DNA from: Tubulanus polymorphus
Lineage: Eukaryota > Animalia > Nemertea
Length of the DNA: 64,000 nt
Reading direction: 5' to 3'
Assembly (NCBI RefSeq): GCF_964204645.1
Contig: NC_134026.1
Coordinates: 2,999,950-3,063,949 of the forward strand
Both the position numbers and the translations under genes were made by a program. A model generated the notes under the pieces. That model had not been told where the DNA came from, searched no databases, and saw only the letters and a program-made list of their open reading frames with translations. Positions 41,551 through 55,919 of the stretch are shown here, one piece after another. Each line of letters begins with the position of its first letter. The stretch's first letter is position 1.

Positions 41551-44343
41551 CATTATTTCTTACATTTACCAGTGTTCGTTTGGATATCTTCAATTACAGC
41601 CTTACTCGGTGTGGTTTGGTCTCGTAAAGTCCAAGATGTTGGCAAACACCAACTAACGGACTAAAATATTGTCACATAGACAGCTTACTTCATTTGAATA
41701 TTGAGTGTGTAATGTTGTGGTTCTTCCATCTTGACATTTATATCTTGGAAGCTTGTAAATACTCCTTGTTTTTTCATGAAATTAGAAAGTACGCGTACAT
41801 TGTTTATTTGTGACACATAAATTAAAATATTGTGTATCATAATTTTTGTATTATGTTATGTGTAGCCGTATTAGATTGTGATTGTAATTGGTTTGTGCTG
41901 GTTCATTTAAATCCACTGTAACACTGATCTGTTACCAAAAAGCAGCAGTTTTATACATGTATCTATTATTGATAAATTGTGTCTAATTATTTTGTATATT
42001 GATGATTTTATAAAGTATTATTATTATTAGTATTTAGATTTTTCACTATGAATCATAAAGATAGTTCAAATTGAATGATCATAGCTTTATAGATTACCGA
42101 GCAGATTTGATTAGATAAAAGTTATATATTTTTCTATATTCATCAGGAGCAGGTCTCTTCATAAATGAAATTTATTGATATAATTCATTCTGTATTGATT
42201 TGATTTTTTGGGCATTATTTTCATTCGTTTCTGGAGGATTAAAACTTTGGTATTAGGTCGTGGCTCCATCATTATCAGACTCCATCAAATGCAAGCTCAG
42301 TTTCATGAATAAGTTTTGTGCTGTAGGGAATACTTGATTTTCCAACTACATGTATTTTTAGATTTTCGACAGTACAAGTCTTCACTTAATACAGTGAAAT
42401 CTTGTTCTAGTAAAACGCTAGGGAAGCTAGTTGAGATCCATTTAAAAACTATGGACTGCTCTATTTTATTTGTTTGAAGAACTTCTATTTCGGGAGTTTT
42501 TAAAATGCAGTTAGTACCAGTGGGTGGACCGTAAGTAAGTGGGAATATCTCGGTGCGTTCTTCCAGTTACCATTAAACTAAATAGATGATCAAACTGGTT
42601 CCGATTTATCCGATTGCAAAAACCTCCATATAATTGACATACCTGTTACTGCTAAGGATGTTTTCAAAATTAAGGAAACCGAACAATAGATTCATAGAAA
42701 ACTCCATAGATCTTTATTCTATAAACATAAGAAATTTGTAACACATGCATACTGGTAATAGGGAAAACAGTTGAAAAAAGCTCCATCAACAAAGCAAAAA
42801 TTACTTTCCAAAGCTGCCTAGTTTTTGTAACTTCTATTTCACATGTAAACTACATGAGCTTATCTTTAGATGAATTGAGACATTCTAAATACAGTTCCAA
42901 GTAACTTGGATTAAAAACAATTTATCCAGAATCATCAAGTCGAGTGCAGTACATGTAATTGCAGTTTTAAAATTGAAACTAGACAATTAAATATAACAGA
43001 ATGCTGATAGCCTGAAAAGATCAATCAAGAAGATAGTCAATAGGACTTTTTTTCAAAAACGGTAAGCTGCATTCATTGATGAATTAGAAATGTAAGTAAT
43101 AGCTGAAATAATCTAAAACAACAAAGTGAAATATGGTAGAACTCAATTTGAATTTTTTCATCCGGATTTTCACTAAATTCGGATAAAATATTTGGTCCAT
43201 TGAACCTGGAACCAAACTATTATTCATAATTTGAATATTAAATCAGGAAATCTTGGCAGTCCCTAGTCATCTGAATTAAGTAAGTTCTTCTTTATTTTCA
43301 TGAGTGAAATAATTTATTCAATCATCACCAATCATCTTATTCTTAGGTTATTGCTCAAAATCTTACAAGACAGGAATAGTACATCTATATCTAATCTAAC
43401 CCTATGAGGAATGCTCACATGGAAAAATTAAATGACAGATCAGACTAAAACATACAATAAGAAAATACATTTTATTCTGTTCAATAAATAGAAAGAATAA
43501 ACAAATTGTAGAATGGCACATTATCTTAATCATGCAAGCATTCATGATCTATCATGATCTATACACAATTTTAACTATTTTCATATATATGTATTATACC
43601 GTTCCCACAGGATCTGTGCTGGTCCCAACTTTACAGAGTTAGGGCGGAGGCTAATGAATGCATAAAATTTCAACAAATTCAAATCGATAACCCTTATATG
43701 ATAAGTATTAGAGGTCAACTTTCCATTAAATAACGCATAAATCTACAGCGGTATATAATAACATTTCTATATTTACATTTAATTTATAATACAGTGCATA
43801 TGAAGATTTATACCATAAACATAAACTTCACAAAAAGTCTATGAACGATATTTACTGACCGAATACGAAATGATTACTGGAAAAATATCTGATATAACAT
43901 CGAGTAACAAGAATTTAATTTAACAACCATGAGTCAACTATTATGCATCAGCAATGCACAAAATTATGCACAGATTTTTTTTTAGAGTGCATAAATGGAA
44001 AATGAAATCATTTTTTTTCATGAGGAGATCATAGTAGATGGAACAAACGGGGTATATTGTAGACTCACAAATGGCAGTCTCTGATCAGTAAAGTCAAAGT
44101 CCATTATAACACCAACCGATTGAATGCAAATGCTCAATTTCTGAGAAGAAATATACCAATGTTTTTCTCGTCCCACTGATAGCATTGTAATGGGCTGTGA
44201 CTGATTGAAGGGGGTTTTCATTGATTTGTAGTTTCACCCCGGGCATTTTCTTCATCATCCATTTTTTCATCGAATGACTCACTGCTCATCCCGGGACTGT
44301 TCGTTCGATTTAGAAATGACTGACCCGAGATGGACCACTTGCG

Positions 44344-47295
44344 TCATTCTGCCGGGCCAGACGTAACCATCGGTTTCGCGGTCAACACATCTTCTAATGT
44401 ATCATCATCCTCCTAGAAATTCATATTGAAATTGTAAAAGAGTAAATCAATACATTTTCTCAGTATTCCATTGGTTTCGCATGAGTAAAACGTTGAGACA
44501 AATACGTCGAGACTTTATAGGTTAACTAGTTTATTCAAGGCACAAGCAACTACACATTTGTAGCAAAACAATTTGTATGATAAGCTTCTAAGGAAGTTCA
44601 ACTCCAAGAAGCTCTAACAATATTATCGCCCTCTTACCTCTCTTTCATCATCAATCCAGAAATGTTTATCTAATAAATCATTCGCTTGACTTCGAATCGT
44701 GTCATTAGCGTGATATTCTAAACCTTCCAGGTATCCAACTCCACCACTTTCTTCAAATCTATGTTTCGTCTAAAAAAAGGTATAGTCATCTTCATCAAAT
44801 TTACCAGTTTGTCTCAAAGAGTTTATTAAAAACGGCACTATGAACTCATCTACCTCGTCTACTGCTCTGAACATAGCCTCGTAGAAACACAAAGCTAGAT
44901 GTATCAACTCGACATCGTTCCCCGATACTTTCAACAGCGGTATCATCGATACGATTGCGTCAGAATGCGAGATGAATTGACAGAATTCATCGCCGTGACA
45001 AACCAAATTACAAATACAATACGCGGCTTCTTTCTTAATGTCGTAAGCGGCACTTAACAGATTAACGAAGTGAGGTACGGCACCAGTACGAATAATTTCA
45101 CGAGCAACGTTCATTTCACCTGCAAATATTTGAATTGAATAAAGTGATACGGGGAAGAGGTTTTACAGCCGATCTAGCTTTACAGTTATCATAGCTAGAC
45201 CCTTCCTTATGTTCAATACTCGTGATGATTAAAACTTAGCGAATCAAATTGGAAATATAAATTGAGACTCAAAAACAACTTAAGTAATGTGATGACTGAT
45301 GATGACTCTACTGAGTCTGACTGCATATTCTTTTTTCCAGACCTCCTGACCCAGATTTCCGACTTTGAAAATGAATAAGAATCTCCACATTTTTGTTGAA
45401 ATGGTAGAGTGGGTTAGGTGATATTAGTGCTTGAATAATAGACATACATTATACCTGTCATATTTGACATGGTCCATAAGCATTCTTTTCTGATATGCCG
45501 ATGATTGGACTGCAGGAATTTACTTAAGGCAGGCAATAATCCATCAGTTTGACTAGCATCGACGCTATATCTGTCTGCCCCACTACACAGGTTACCTAGA
45601 GCTCTCAATAATGGAGTTATAGCCTGCAAAATAAATCAAATTCAATAACTTTACATATAAAAAAACTACAAGGCCTCAAATTTCTTCATTATCTCTACCT
45701 GAACATCATCATGATTGTGAACGGCGATCTGCGCGATCATATTTGAGATTTTTGGGATAATTCCCTGCGAAACTAATTCTTCTTCATAATCTCCGCTAGC
45801 CGTTAAATACGTCAATACCCAGGCAACCTCAGCTATTACAGGCAGCATATCTTCTTTGAATTCCATCAGATTTAATACCAACGTCGCGACGCCGATATTC
45901 AACATTTCTCTAAAGAATAATGTTTGTTTCGTTAACCCAACAAACACGTCTCAAACAGTTCTGCCTTTCAATATGCTACTCACTTGATACTTGGATCATG
46001 ACCACGGGCCATATTTGATATTGCGAACAATGCTGATTTAACTACAGTTGGAGATGGGGACTGAAAATGCAAACAATAGTCCTCAATAACAAGAATGTAT
46101 CTATTTATTTTTAGATATATATGTGCAACATTTTTCATAATAATTAACAAAAGTTACCTTTAACAATTCAACTAAGGGAGGAATAATTCCCTGGTGTTTT
46201 AAGACATCTCTACATTCCTCACTATCGCCGGCAATATTACCGAGAGCCCAGGCGCATTGATCTTGCATTACTGGATTACTGCCGCTTAAATACGTTATAA
46301 GGTAAGGAGCTGCCATTTTCAATGTTATCTTCGCGTGTTCATGCATTCCTGCTGATATATTTGTGAGGCACCACGCAGATTCCAGATGTAGTTCAGTATC
46401 CAACCCAGTAAGTATTCCTACCATACATTCCATTGAATTTGGCACGCTGAAAGTAAAATTTTTACTCTTCGATTGAATAAAACCCATAAATATATTCATA
46501 TTTCCCACAGGATAAGATAAGTAAAATCATAATTTTCTTTTAAATGTTGAATCTTAACTACAGGGGCTCGTAGTTGAAGTTTGGGGGAATAGTAGCTTAG
46601 ATCATCCAACATCCCAGGTACTATGGGGCCTGTATATAACTAGAAATTCTTTTTATATACTTATAGTAGCTGGGATACTTGATGATCTCGACAGTTCACT
46701 CCAAAACTACGAGCCCCTGTGATCAACAAAGACTCATTTGTTATCTCAAAGCCCAACCTTAAAAATGCATCAATATAAAGTGTCCCTCGTCCGAAAGCCT
46801 TTCGAAGAACTTTCAATATCTCTTTCTTCTCTGATGATGGTGACGTGTGCAAAAGCTGTTTCGTCATTTCTTTAATCTGAAACGCATGAAAAGTAATTAG
46901 AACCATCAAATATTTTATCATCACGTACAAAACCTTTTTTCCATTGATGCATTACCTGTAATTCAGTGAATTCATCATCATCATTATTCAATTCATAACT
47001 TTGATGTCGAACTCGTTTAGACAATAAGATCTTATCCCTTTGTTCTTTTCTCAGATCTGAAAGTAATTAAAACATCAGCGGCTCGTCAAACTGTCAAACT
47101 ACACCACGTGCATTTGTTTACTAATAAACCATATTGTGGCGCCCTCTACAAACATTAAAAGTACCAATTTTCTAATCGAATTTAATGTAATTATCGATAC
47201 TAACCAGATCTTTCATCTCGCCACCGACGTCGCATTGATTCCACGTTAGACGAACATTGGCGCTGAAGTTTACGGTGGTCAGGTTTTTGGTCCAT
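44344..47295 (-). CDS. TMCO6: TMCO6-like / importin-alpha-related ARM-repeat protein, multi-exon
   Basis: ATG 47295. IBB-like segment (MRRRWRDERSDLRKEQRDKILLSKR) and ARM motifs ESAWCLTNISAG, QCAWALGNIAGDS, EVAWVLTYL, PLLRALGNL and KECLWTMSN. Last exon ends at TGA 44344-44346. The symbol is a best guess over a canonical KPNA. Confidence 0.75.
46564..46716. mobile_element. Harbinger-like MITE in an intron
   Basis: CAG|GGGCTCGTAGTT ... AACTACGAGCCC|CTG: 12-bp perfect TIR with CWG flanks. Confidence 0.7.
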
Positions 47296-47383
47296 TTTGG
47301 TTGAATTACACCTAAAACGATGATTCTTCCCTACCTTCCTTCGTTTCTCACGTACTTCATTGCTGTGCTACTTCGATCGACAA

Positions 47384-47575
47384 TGACGTCATCACCTCGT
47401 TGATTTGTCAGTAAAATTGTGGAAATTAAATTTCAGGAGACCTACAGCCAAATGAAATAACAATCACTCTATAAACAATGGATAACCTAAATAGAATACG
47501 TGAAATACTTCTGTTAATGAGTTGCAGCGGCTGTAAATCAATGAACCGTGACCAGATAAATACGGGATTCGAACC
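47384..47575. promoter_or_regulatory. TMCO6/MND1 bidirectional promoter with CRE and orphan B-box
   Basis: TGACGTCA at 47384-47391 and GGGATTCGAACC at 47564-47575. Confidence 0.5.
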
Positions 47576-47755
47576 TGGGTGACTAGAACTACGGAAGACC
47601 GCGAGTGACGTTTAGTACTCGCACGCGCCGTATTTGAAGCTAGTTTGTTTTAATTTAGGTCTTTTTCCACGACAAACGTCTTTCTGAATGAGGTACCGAA
47701 GTTCATGCTGATAATAAAAGTTTAATAGTGTATTGACCGAGGAGTTTCATAAATT

Positions 47756-49099
47756 ATGGTGAGTTTCGATGTGTTTGTTCTCTTTTTAGTCTTGAAAATG
47801 TTTAGCCACAGTATCAATATTATTGCCCCTCTTCAAGTTCAATTAAATTTTTATTTCCTACTTCTCAATCTCAGTCATGGCATGTCAGTCAAATATAATA
47901 CGTGATTTCACTTCACTTTCCAGTCAAAGAAGAAGGGTTTGAGTGTTGAAGAGAAGCGATCTAGGATGATGGATTTATTCTATGAAAAGGTGGAATATTA
48001 TTATTTTTTATCATGTGCGATGCATTCAACTGTGACAGAGCTTGATGTTGTTGTTAGCGTCTAAAATGTCCGCTTTTTTTTTGTTTTCCAGAAAGATTTT
48101 TTCCAGCTTAAAGAACTGGAGAAGATTTGTCCGAAAGAAAAAGGTATCACATCAATGTCAGTGAAAGACATTTTAATGAGTTTAGTCGATGATGCCATGG
48201 TTGATACGGACAAAATAGGAACTTGCGTTTATTTCTGGGCATTTCCGAGCAAAGCAAGTCAGAATGTAAGATATTTATTGGATTGATTCCAGCATCGAAA
48301 CAATGAACATGAAATGAAGTTGCTTGAAATTTGAAGATTGATAACTCATTCTTTAATTTCAAGAGAAAACGTAAATTGGATGATTTGACAAACTCAATCA
48401 CTGAATGTAAGAAAAAGAAAATGATGACTGAAAAAGCTTTGAATAAAGAAAAAATTGGAAAAGAAGACACAGTAAGCTGTTGATTGACATTTGTCTCCGA
48501 TCTTGCAAAAAAATATGGGTTTTCTTGTGATTAAGTATAGAAATCAGTTAGATAAATGAGTCATCGCTTTGTTATTTTAGGATAATAGAGGTGCCATACT
48601 GGAACAATTGGCAGCTAAGAAACAACGTTTAGATGAAATAACCAAAGAACTGGATCGATTTAAAGAATGCGACCCGGAAGTTTTGGAACAAATGAAAGAG
48701 GAAATACTAACAGCTAAAGAAGCAGCAAACCGATGGACCGGTCTGTATTGGTTCTGTCATTTTGCCAACAATTCCTTATCAATTACAGTCAAAAGTCCGA
48801 CATTTTTCAGTGAACAAATTAACTCAAATTCTTAATAACACCGTGTTTTTGATTGGTCCCAATAGAGCCACCCATTAGGACTTTTACTGTAGATTTGAAT
48901 TTTCATTGAGAGATCAAATAACTAAACTTTTGATCACTTCATGTTCAATGTTTTCGTGTCGATTTATCGATGATTTTCTCTGTTCTTTGTAGATAACGTT
49001 TTTTCAATTAAATCATGGATTAAGAAGAAGTTTTCATTTGAAGAAAGTGTAATTGATAAACAGTTTGGAATTCCTGAGGAATTTGATTATGTCGAATGA
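47756..49099 (+). CDS. MND1: Meiotic nuclear division protein 1
   Basis: Exon 1 is the ATG alone (ATG|GTGAGT), followed by [51 protein letters not shown] and [11 protein letters not shown]. Confidence 0.96.
48786..48889. mobile_element. Tc1/mariner-like MITE in an MND1 intron
   Basis: TA|CAGTCAAAAGTCC ... GGACTTTTACTG|TA. Confidence 0.65.
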
Positions 49100-49463
49100 A
49101 ACATAAAAGATGTCAAGTACATTTTGTGTATTACTTATTCAGTTGGACTTGGTGCTCTAAATAAATTTAAGAAACAATTGTTCTATGACTTTCCCCTTAA
49201 CTGAGATGATAAAATGTTAGATTTTGTTGAATAAAATTATATTTTTAACTTAGTAAGTCATTTTATTTTGTATAAAAACCAAATCATAAAAGGTTTAATG
49301 AGTTTTCGTTGGTTGGTGTTTGGTTATCAATAAGTTTTTTCCAAGTTCGTAAATTATAAACGTGTCTCAATGAATGGAGTTTTGTTAGTGATGTGATTAG
49401 AGCTCATCAATCAGCTGATGCTGACAGTTAATCGGAAGAAAGGTTCAGAGACTAGTGATTTCT

Positions 49464-49475
49464 GGGATTCGAACC
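49464..49475 (-). promoter_or_regulatory. Orphan B-box upstream of MRPL50
   Basis: The minus strand reads CTGGG-TTCGAAT-CCCAG, 100 bp upstream of ATG 49575. Confidence 0.5.
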
Positions 49476-49574
49476 CAGCGAAGGTGTCACAGCCAACTAA
49501 TCCAATTCAATGTTTGCTTTATTGACGTGTTGAAAATTATTTGGATTGAATTCTGTGCATAAACTTTCTCCAGC

Positions 49575-50952
49575 ATGCAATCAATACGGAATATATCTAA
49601 GTACTGTTCGGATTTCTCGCGCTTTCAGGTGAATAGTTTGTAATTTATATCCGAATAGCCCTAAAAACATGCCTTAAAATGTTTCAAGAAAAGGAATGGC
49701 AATAGTAAAGTAGTCTGTGTGTTTACTTCGCTCAGAAACTGAGAGAGTGAGGACCTCTCTACCATATTACATCTATCAACTCTCTCTGAAGATGAAAGGT
49801 CGATATTTTCATCACAAAATTCTAATGTCGACAAACTCTTGATTTATTTGCAGGTGATCTATGCGACGAGTAAACGAACAGCTTTTTGGTCGAGAAAAGC
49901 AAAAAACGATGACGACAATAAAGAAGAAATGGATGCGGCAGTTGAATCTGTCGTTCAGAAGAGAAAACGCGGGGTTGAAGGAGGTGATTCCGAAACTCAG
50001 TTACAACGAATCAAAACATTAAGATCTAGAGCGTAAGTGTCTCAATCGTTTCATTCAAATAAATCATTCACGATCATCCTGATTTATCGAACAGATGTTG
50101 TATTTTAATTTGTAGGTCCGTTCGTACGCAGAAAATTGCTTATAAACCGCCAGAAAATGCCGAACAATTGATTGAATCGATAGTTACAGAATCATTGGGT
50201 TCAACAGATGACAATTGGAAAACGCTCTCACTTGAAAATCCATCTATCAAATATAAGGTTCATTGAAATTATGGTTATGTACGAAAGATTTGATTCCATA
50301 AAATTCTAAATTCTCGGAATCCAGAGACCGATTTTGAAGGACTTCTCACATCCCAAAAGGGCACTTTGATGTCCAATAAGACAATTAGTTGTACTCCCTC
50401 ACTGAAATGTGTCAATCATCTTTGTCGACAAAATTAAAGATTCTGATTCTTTAACTTGTTTTCTAATGGCTCTAATCAGTTCATTCAGGTTTGATTATAA
50501 TTTTCTTTTGAGATGATGAACTAGACAACTCTGTTGAACTTGCTGAACTCATTTGGTATTTCTTGTATTTTAATCTTTCATCAATATTTTCATTCTAGAT
50601 TTTGACCAAATGTATGCAGCAATTGAACCATTACGTTCCTAACTCGTATATGAGTGACCTGAAAACGATTCAGGACGTCGTCAATTTCTTCCAAATAGAA
50701 GTGCGCGATACGGCGCCGATAGAAGACCTGTCCAGGTTAGATTTACCGAAGAATTTACACGTACAAATGGATTACAAATTCTTCAACCCGGACACGGACA
50801 CAATGCACGGCGGAATACCTGCCCATCCGAAACAAGATTTTGTCATTCGCGGTTTGAAAGATAAAAAACTGTACAAAGGATATAAAGCCAAGAAACATTG
50901 GCACGAATATAAGAACGCGTTACCTCCAAAGGAAGAATATTTCGAAACATAA
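49575..50952 (+). CDS. MRPL50: Mitochondrial ribosomal protein L50 (mL50), 4 coding exons
   Basis: Presequence-like N-terminus, then YKPPEN, IKYKILTKC..HYVPNSYMSDLKTIQDVVNFF and LDLPKNLHV, matching the recalled mL50 pattern HxVPNS..TVxDV..LPxNLH. Confidence 0.8.
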
Positions 50953-51561
50953 TTCGTGAATTTCTATGTAATTATTGAATAAAATTGAAGTTTGTACGGA
51001 AGAATTGTTTCTATTGTAGTCATTTATTTGGATGGTTATGATGTTTAAGATCTTCGATGTCGAGTTTATTCAAGCTTAGCAAAATCAAGATCTACTCGAA
51101 CTTTATCATTGTCCTCATGAATTATTATTAAAGGGAAGGAAGGTTTTTATATTGGTGTGCAGTTGGTCTGACAGTCGTTTCATTCATACACAATGGAGCC
51201 TTGGCTTTAGATGTACGTAGTCTACGTCATAGTATAATTATCATTATATCATTTTAGGCTTCAAACATTCAAATCGTCTCAAAATCCTACTCAATCGTAT
51301 CTGGGGCATTAAGCCAATAAGCCTGATAGAATAGATTGAAAAACAATACAAAACTGAACCAAAATATAAATCGCGAATCTGAAAAAATCAATGTAAGCAA
51401 GCAAGGACGTAAATACGTCCATGATGTAACACCACATCTAGAGATGCTTTAGTAGTTTAGGCTATAATTTGTATAACTGCATTCAATGACACGTATTAGA
51501 CTATAGCCGCTTGTGCGGGTTAGAAGATAAATAACCCATTTGCGCCCTTCTAAGATATGTA

Positions 51562-51634
51562 GCCTCCATAGCTCAGGGGTTAGAGCACTGGTCTTGTAAA
51601 CCAGGGGTCGAGAGTTCAAATCTCTCTGGGGGCA
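51562..51634 (+). tRNA. tRNA-Thr (anticodon TGT)
   Basis: Acceptor stem GCCTCCA/TGGGGGC, D arm GCTC..GAGC, anticodon arm CTGGT-CTTGTAA-ACCAG and T arm GAGAG-TTCAAAT-CTCTC. Oligo-T terminator at 51641. Confidence 0.95.
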
Positions 51635-51848
51635 GATACATTTTTAATTTTTTTAACGTCTACAGTACATTTAGATCACTCCCAAATCATGAATTAAGCA
51701 TACATATTTTATTTGTTCAGAGACTAAGTAGTGAGCTACTACCAACAACTAACAATGAGAGATTGAGATAGAGGGTGGATTATTGGATTTTATTGCAATT
51801 TAAGTACAAAATATTAGGAATCTCAAACTACAGTACATGAACACAATG

Positions 51849-54800
51849 TCATTGCTCCAAGTCAGTCTTTTCAGACTTGATTGCGTAACTTATATCGTCC
51901 TGACAGACATTCAATCGGATACGTAAATTCATGTCTAAACGTCCATGTTCCACTAACAGTATTCTATAACTTCCGAGTCTGGAACATAATGCTGCAACCT
52001 CTGATCCTGTGATTGTTGAATATCCTACAATAATAGAACGGAATATTAAGAAAGAGCAATTAAGACGACTCATTTTGCCATGAAATGTTGAGTATTCAAT
52101 TTTGCAGAGTGTTTACTGTCAAAATAATCACCTTCAAAACGACATAAAGATGTAAACTGCTTGAAAACACGTCCAAGTTTTGCCTCCTCTAATCCTGTAC
52201 GTTGAAATTCTGATATGATTGACTGTAAGAACACTTTTTCTAACATTGATAGGTTTCTGAAATTAGATTTTAAAGAATTTTTTTTGCTGAGCCTTCTATC
52301 TCCAAGTGATGATCTCACATTGTTCTGCATTCTTATACACTAAACAAGTAAAATAAACAGTTAGTTTACCTTATTGCTTTTACAGTTGATGATGAAAACA
52401 TCTCCTTCAATGCAGCGTTCACATGCACCATGTCAACTAAACAGCCCTTTTCATTAGTTTCTCTATTGTTTTCGGCGAGTTCTGTAGCGCGGCGGCAAAT
52501 ATCCAGTGCCCTCCGTGCATCTCCAGATACAGCTGCAACCTACACATCAATAATTGTGAAACATTTTGATGAAATTGAGAATTCTATCTAAAGTGGAAAT
52601 TTGGCAAAAATGGTTCATAAACTTACTTTTCTTGCCACTAACTGCACTGCATCTTCATTAAATGCGTTTAAATCTTGAAGTCTTGATGAAACAATTTCTT
52701 GTAATTGTTTATACGTGTAAGGTTGAAATGTCATCCTCGTCAAACCCTTTGGAGAAAAAGAATACAATGGATTAAGGACACTGCTTTCATAGTAAAAACA
52801 CATTTTTGTACAGTTATCCAATGAAGGCACTTATCCAAATGTAAAGGTGTTATTAATGATAACATAACATACCAAACGACTAGACACTCGATTCATCATA
52901 ATTCTTTCAGGTAAATCCATTGTATTAGCAACGGCTAAAACGATCAGTTTTGCCTGTGGACGACTTGGCCAATCAAATAAGTTATACATTACATTCTGTT
53001 TACGATTCCACAACAAATCCAACTAAAATGCAAAATATCTTATCGCAGTTTCATCAATTGCAGCAGGTTTCATGTTTTTTAATGAATATTCTACCTACTT
53101 CATCGACTAATAAAACAATTGGATCTCTGTCTGGGGCTGCAGTGCTGAACATCTTGTCTAAGAGCATTGTAGCATGATCTGGAGTTGCCTTTTGATCAGT
53201 CAATTGCTGAAACAATTCAATATCATTTCCAGGATTGAGTAAAGTTACCATTTAGAATATTCTCAGATTAAGATCAGAACGTACGATTAACTCACTTTAA
53301 GTATTTGTACATGCGCTTGATGGGGATCTGTCAGTCGCATTCCATTAATTTCTATATACTTGAAATTGGGAATATCTTTTTCTTCGGCAGCTTCTTTTAA
53401 GCCTTGGATAACTTCGTGAACGGTAGCCGTTTTACCAGTACCCGGTACACCAGATATATACATACAACCACCGGTTCCGTCGCAAATCTTCGATACGACG
53501 AATGACTGGATATCAGCGAACTCCTCTTCACGACACGGTAGAGATTCAGGTACTGCACAAACATGTAACCTGTAAATGAACATTACACAATCTGTATTAC
53601 ATCAGAAATAGAATATGAACAACCTATTGCAATATGTATGTGCAGGGCATGCCGCAATTTCCACAGAATGAAAATGAGTTCCTTTTGGAATATTTCGCTC
53701 TAAAGTTTAATCCTCAGTCAGTGCCAATGCATTCAAGATCAGCCTCAAACTTACTTTGCTCGAGCCTCCTCTAATACATTAGCTGGTGTACGAGATGCTT
53801 TCACTCGTTTTGGCATTCTTGGTGTAAACACTTTCTTAGCAGATGCTGTCACCTACAAGAATATACACAGCCTCATCAACTGATATTAACTATAATAAAG
53901 AAACTAGTGTCTCAAAAGTTTAATTCATGAGATAATCACTGCAGATTTCGTTGTTTTTTTCTTAGCGGTTTTGCTCTTCTTTGACTTCTTTGGATTTTTC
54001 TCTTTGAAATCATCGTCTGAATTCGATGGTGCATAATTTTCATCATCATCATCCTCAGAAAATCTGTACTTCGGTCTAAAATTCACAAGGCTCTTGATTT
54101 ATTTTTCATTATTTCATGTTGTTTTTCGCGCAATATCTTCATTACTACCAGTGTTTGTACTTACTTAGCCGTGCTTGAACGTTTCGTATTCTTAGATTCA
54201 GACTTAAACTTAGTAACTGTAGTCTTTTTCTTCTGTGAACTTTTATGTTTTTTTCTTGAGAGAGCTGAAAACAAATAAACATAGATTGAAGTGGGCATTA
54301 CACAGGGGCGGATCCAGGGCTAATTTTGAAGGACTCGTTACAACCCAAAAGAGCACTTTAATGTCCACAAAGGCAATATTAGGGGCACTACGGACAAAAT
54401 GGCAAAGGGCACTCAAAAATTAAAAAAATTTGATGGACTTGCACAAGTCTCACAAGTGCCCCTGGATCCACCCATTTCACCTTTTGAATCATGTCAGAAA
54501 TTGTAGACATTTTGAATATACAGAGTACTTGTATTCCAAAACTGGTTACAAGACCACAAAGAAAAAGTGAAACTATAAATACAAGATACCGTAACTAACC
54601 ATCATCATCTAGAAGTGGTATTTCTGGAGAAATTTCACGATCAGCTTTCTTCTTACTTTTCCGCTTGGCATCATTATCAAGAATAGGAATTTCATCCGAT
54701 AAGTCACTATCGCTATCAGTTTTCTTTGATGAGACTGGGGTTGGAGGAAGATATTTTTCGATGAGTGGAATTGTCTTACTACCGTTAAACGACCTCCTCA

Positions 54801-55919
54801 CGAAATATCTATCCAAACCATCCTCAGTTTTACATGCATGATTTTCATCAGGAGTTTTATCGATTTCATAAACATCAACCTACAATTTGCAGGTAAAAGA
54901 AGACATTCACACTCAGTCACTTTGTAGTGATAAGAAAATCTATTTCTATATTCTGAAAATTAATATCATCAAATATGGATTGGAAAATGCCACACTAAGC
55001 ACATACCTTACATTTACCGATGATGCATTCAATATCGATATTCTTAGCTTCTAACGCCTGAGCTACGATCGGATTATACTCCATCAATTCACTTTCATTC
55101 AGAAGAAGAGGCTGAAACCGTTTTGGAGTTTCGAAGTATCTGCAGTACCATTTGACAATAGCTCGACGACTTTCATCATTGTTTTCACCTGTTGAAAAAG
55201 ATACCATCGCTAAAAAATTCTCGACAAAAAATTTATAAAATTGCTTTCGTAGTACATGTAGTTTAGGCCACCTAAAAAGTCTCTAAGGGTAGTCTAGTCA
55301 GTAACCTGTCTGTGGTTTAGTTTCACAATCGGATATTTTCACAAACCACATATAAGCCCATCCGATTATAAAAAGCTTACCACCAACGATTAGGTAACTA
55401 ACTAAGGGTAGTCAGTACCTTATCAATATTGTTGTCGGTATATAGGCTCAACGTTTATAATCGGGCTTTATATGCCCTACCACCATGTGGTTTGTGAAAA
55501 TATCTAATCACTTTATTTACCTGTATCGAAAAGTTGTTCAATTTGTCCGATAAACGCAAAGTTCATGTTATCAGGTTGTGAATCGTTGCAAATATAAACA
55601 TCATCTCCGATGTTATAGGTTACTCCATCTATATGAAATCCCCTGAAATAAACAGACACAAAATATAGGAATAAAATAGGCCTGATTTTTGAATATATTG
55701 ATACATTGCTTTTGCATTCATTGGTTGGTTGTATTGTAATCCGCACACGTCAAGCCCAATCAAGGCCTAAATAATTGTTTGAATTTAATGTAGTCTCCTG
55801 TAAATAGATATGATATGCTTCTCTTCAATAGTGACTTACTGATATTGTAGAGACCCTCTTCTGTTCTTCAGCTCACCGGTTCCAATCCAGTAAAAATCGT
55901 CTGAGGATGATACAGGCAT
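51849..55919 (-). CDS. ORC1: Origin recognition complex subunit 1, multi-exon
   Basis: ATG 55919. N-terminal BAH-like exons, then [12 protein letters not shown], Walker [12 protein letters not shown], Walker [33 protein letters not shown] and a winged-helix C-terminus. Confidence 0.97.
54303..54475. mobile_element. MITE, CAGGGGCGGATCCA family, in an ORC1 intron
   Basis: CAGGGGCGGATCCAGGG ... CCCTGGATCCACCC. Confidence 0.7.
55295..55404. mobile_element. TAG...CTA element with perfect 9-bp TSD
   Basis: AGGGTAGTC (55286-55294) | TAGTCAGTAACCT ... AGGTAACTAACTA | AGGGTAGTC (55405-55413). Confidence 0.85.

Noticed and set aside
49430-49530. tRNA gene or pseudogene around the T-arm-like hairpin
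   Set aside because: No acceptor, D or anticodon stems could be folded. The weak A-box-like sequence is too close to the B-box.
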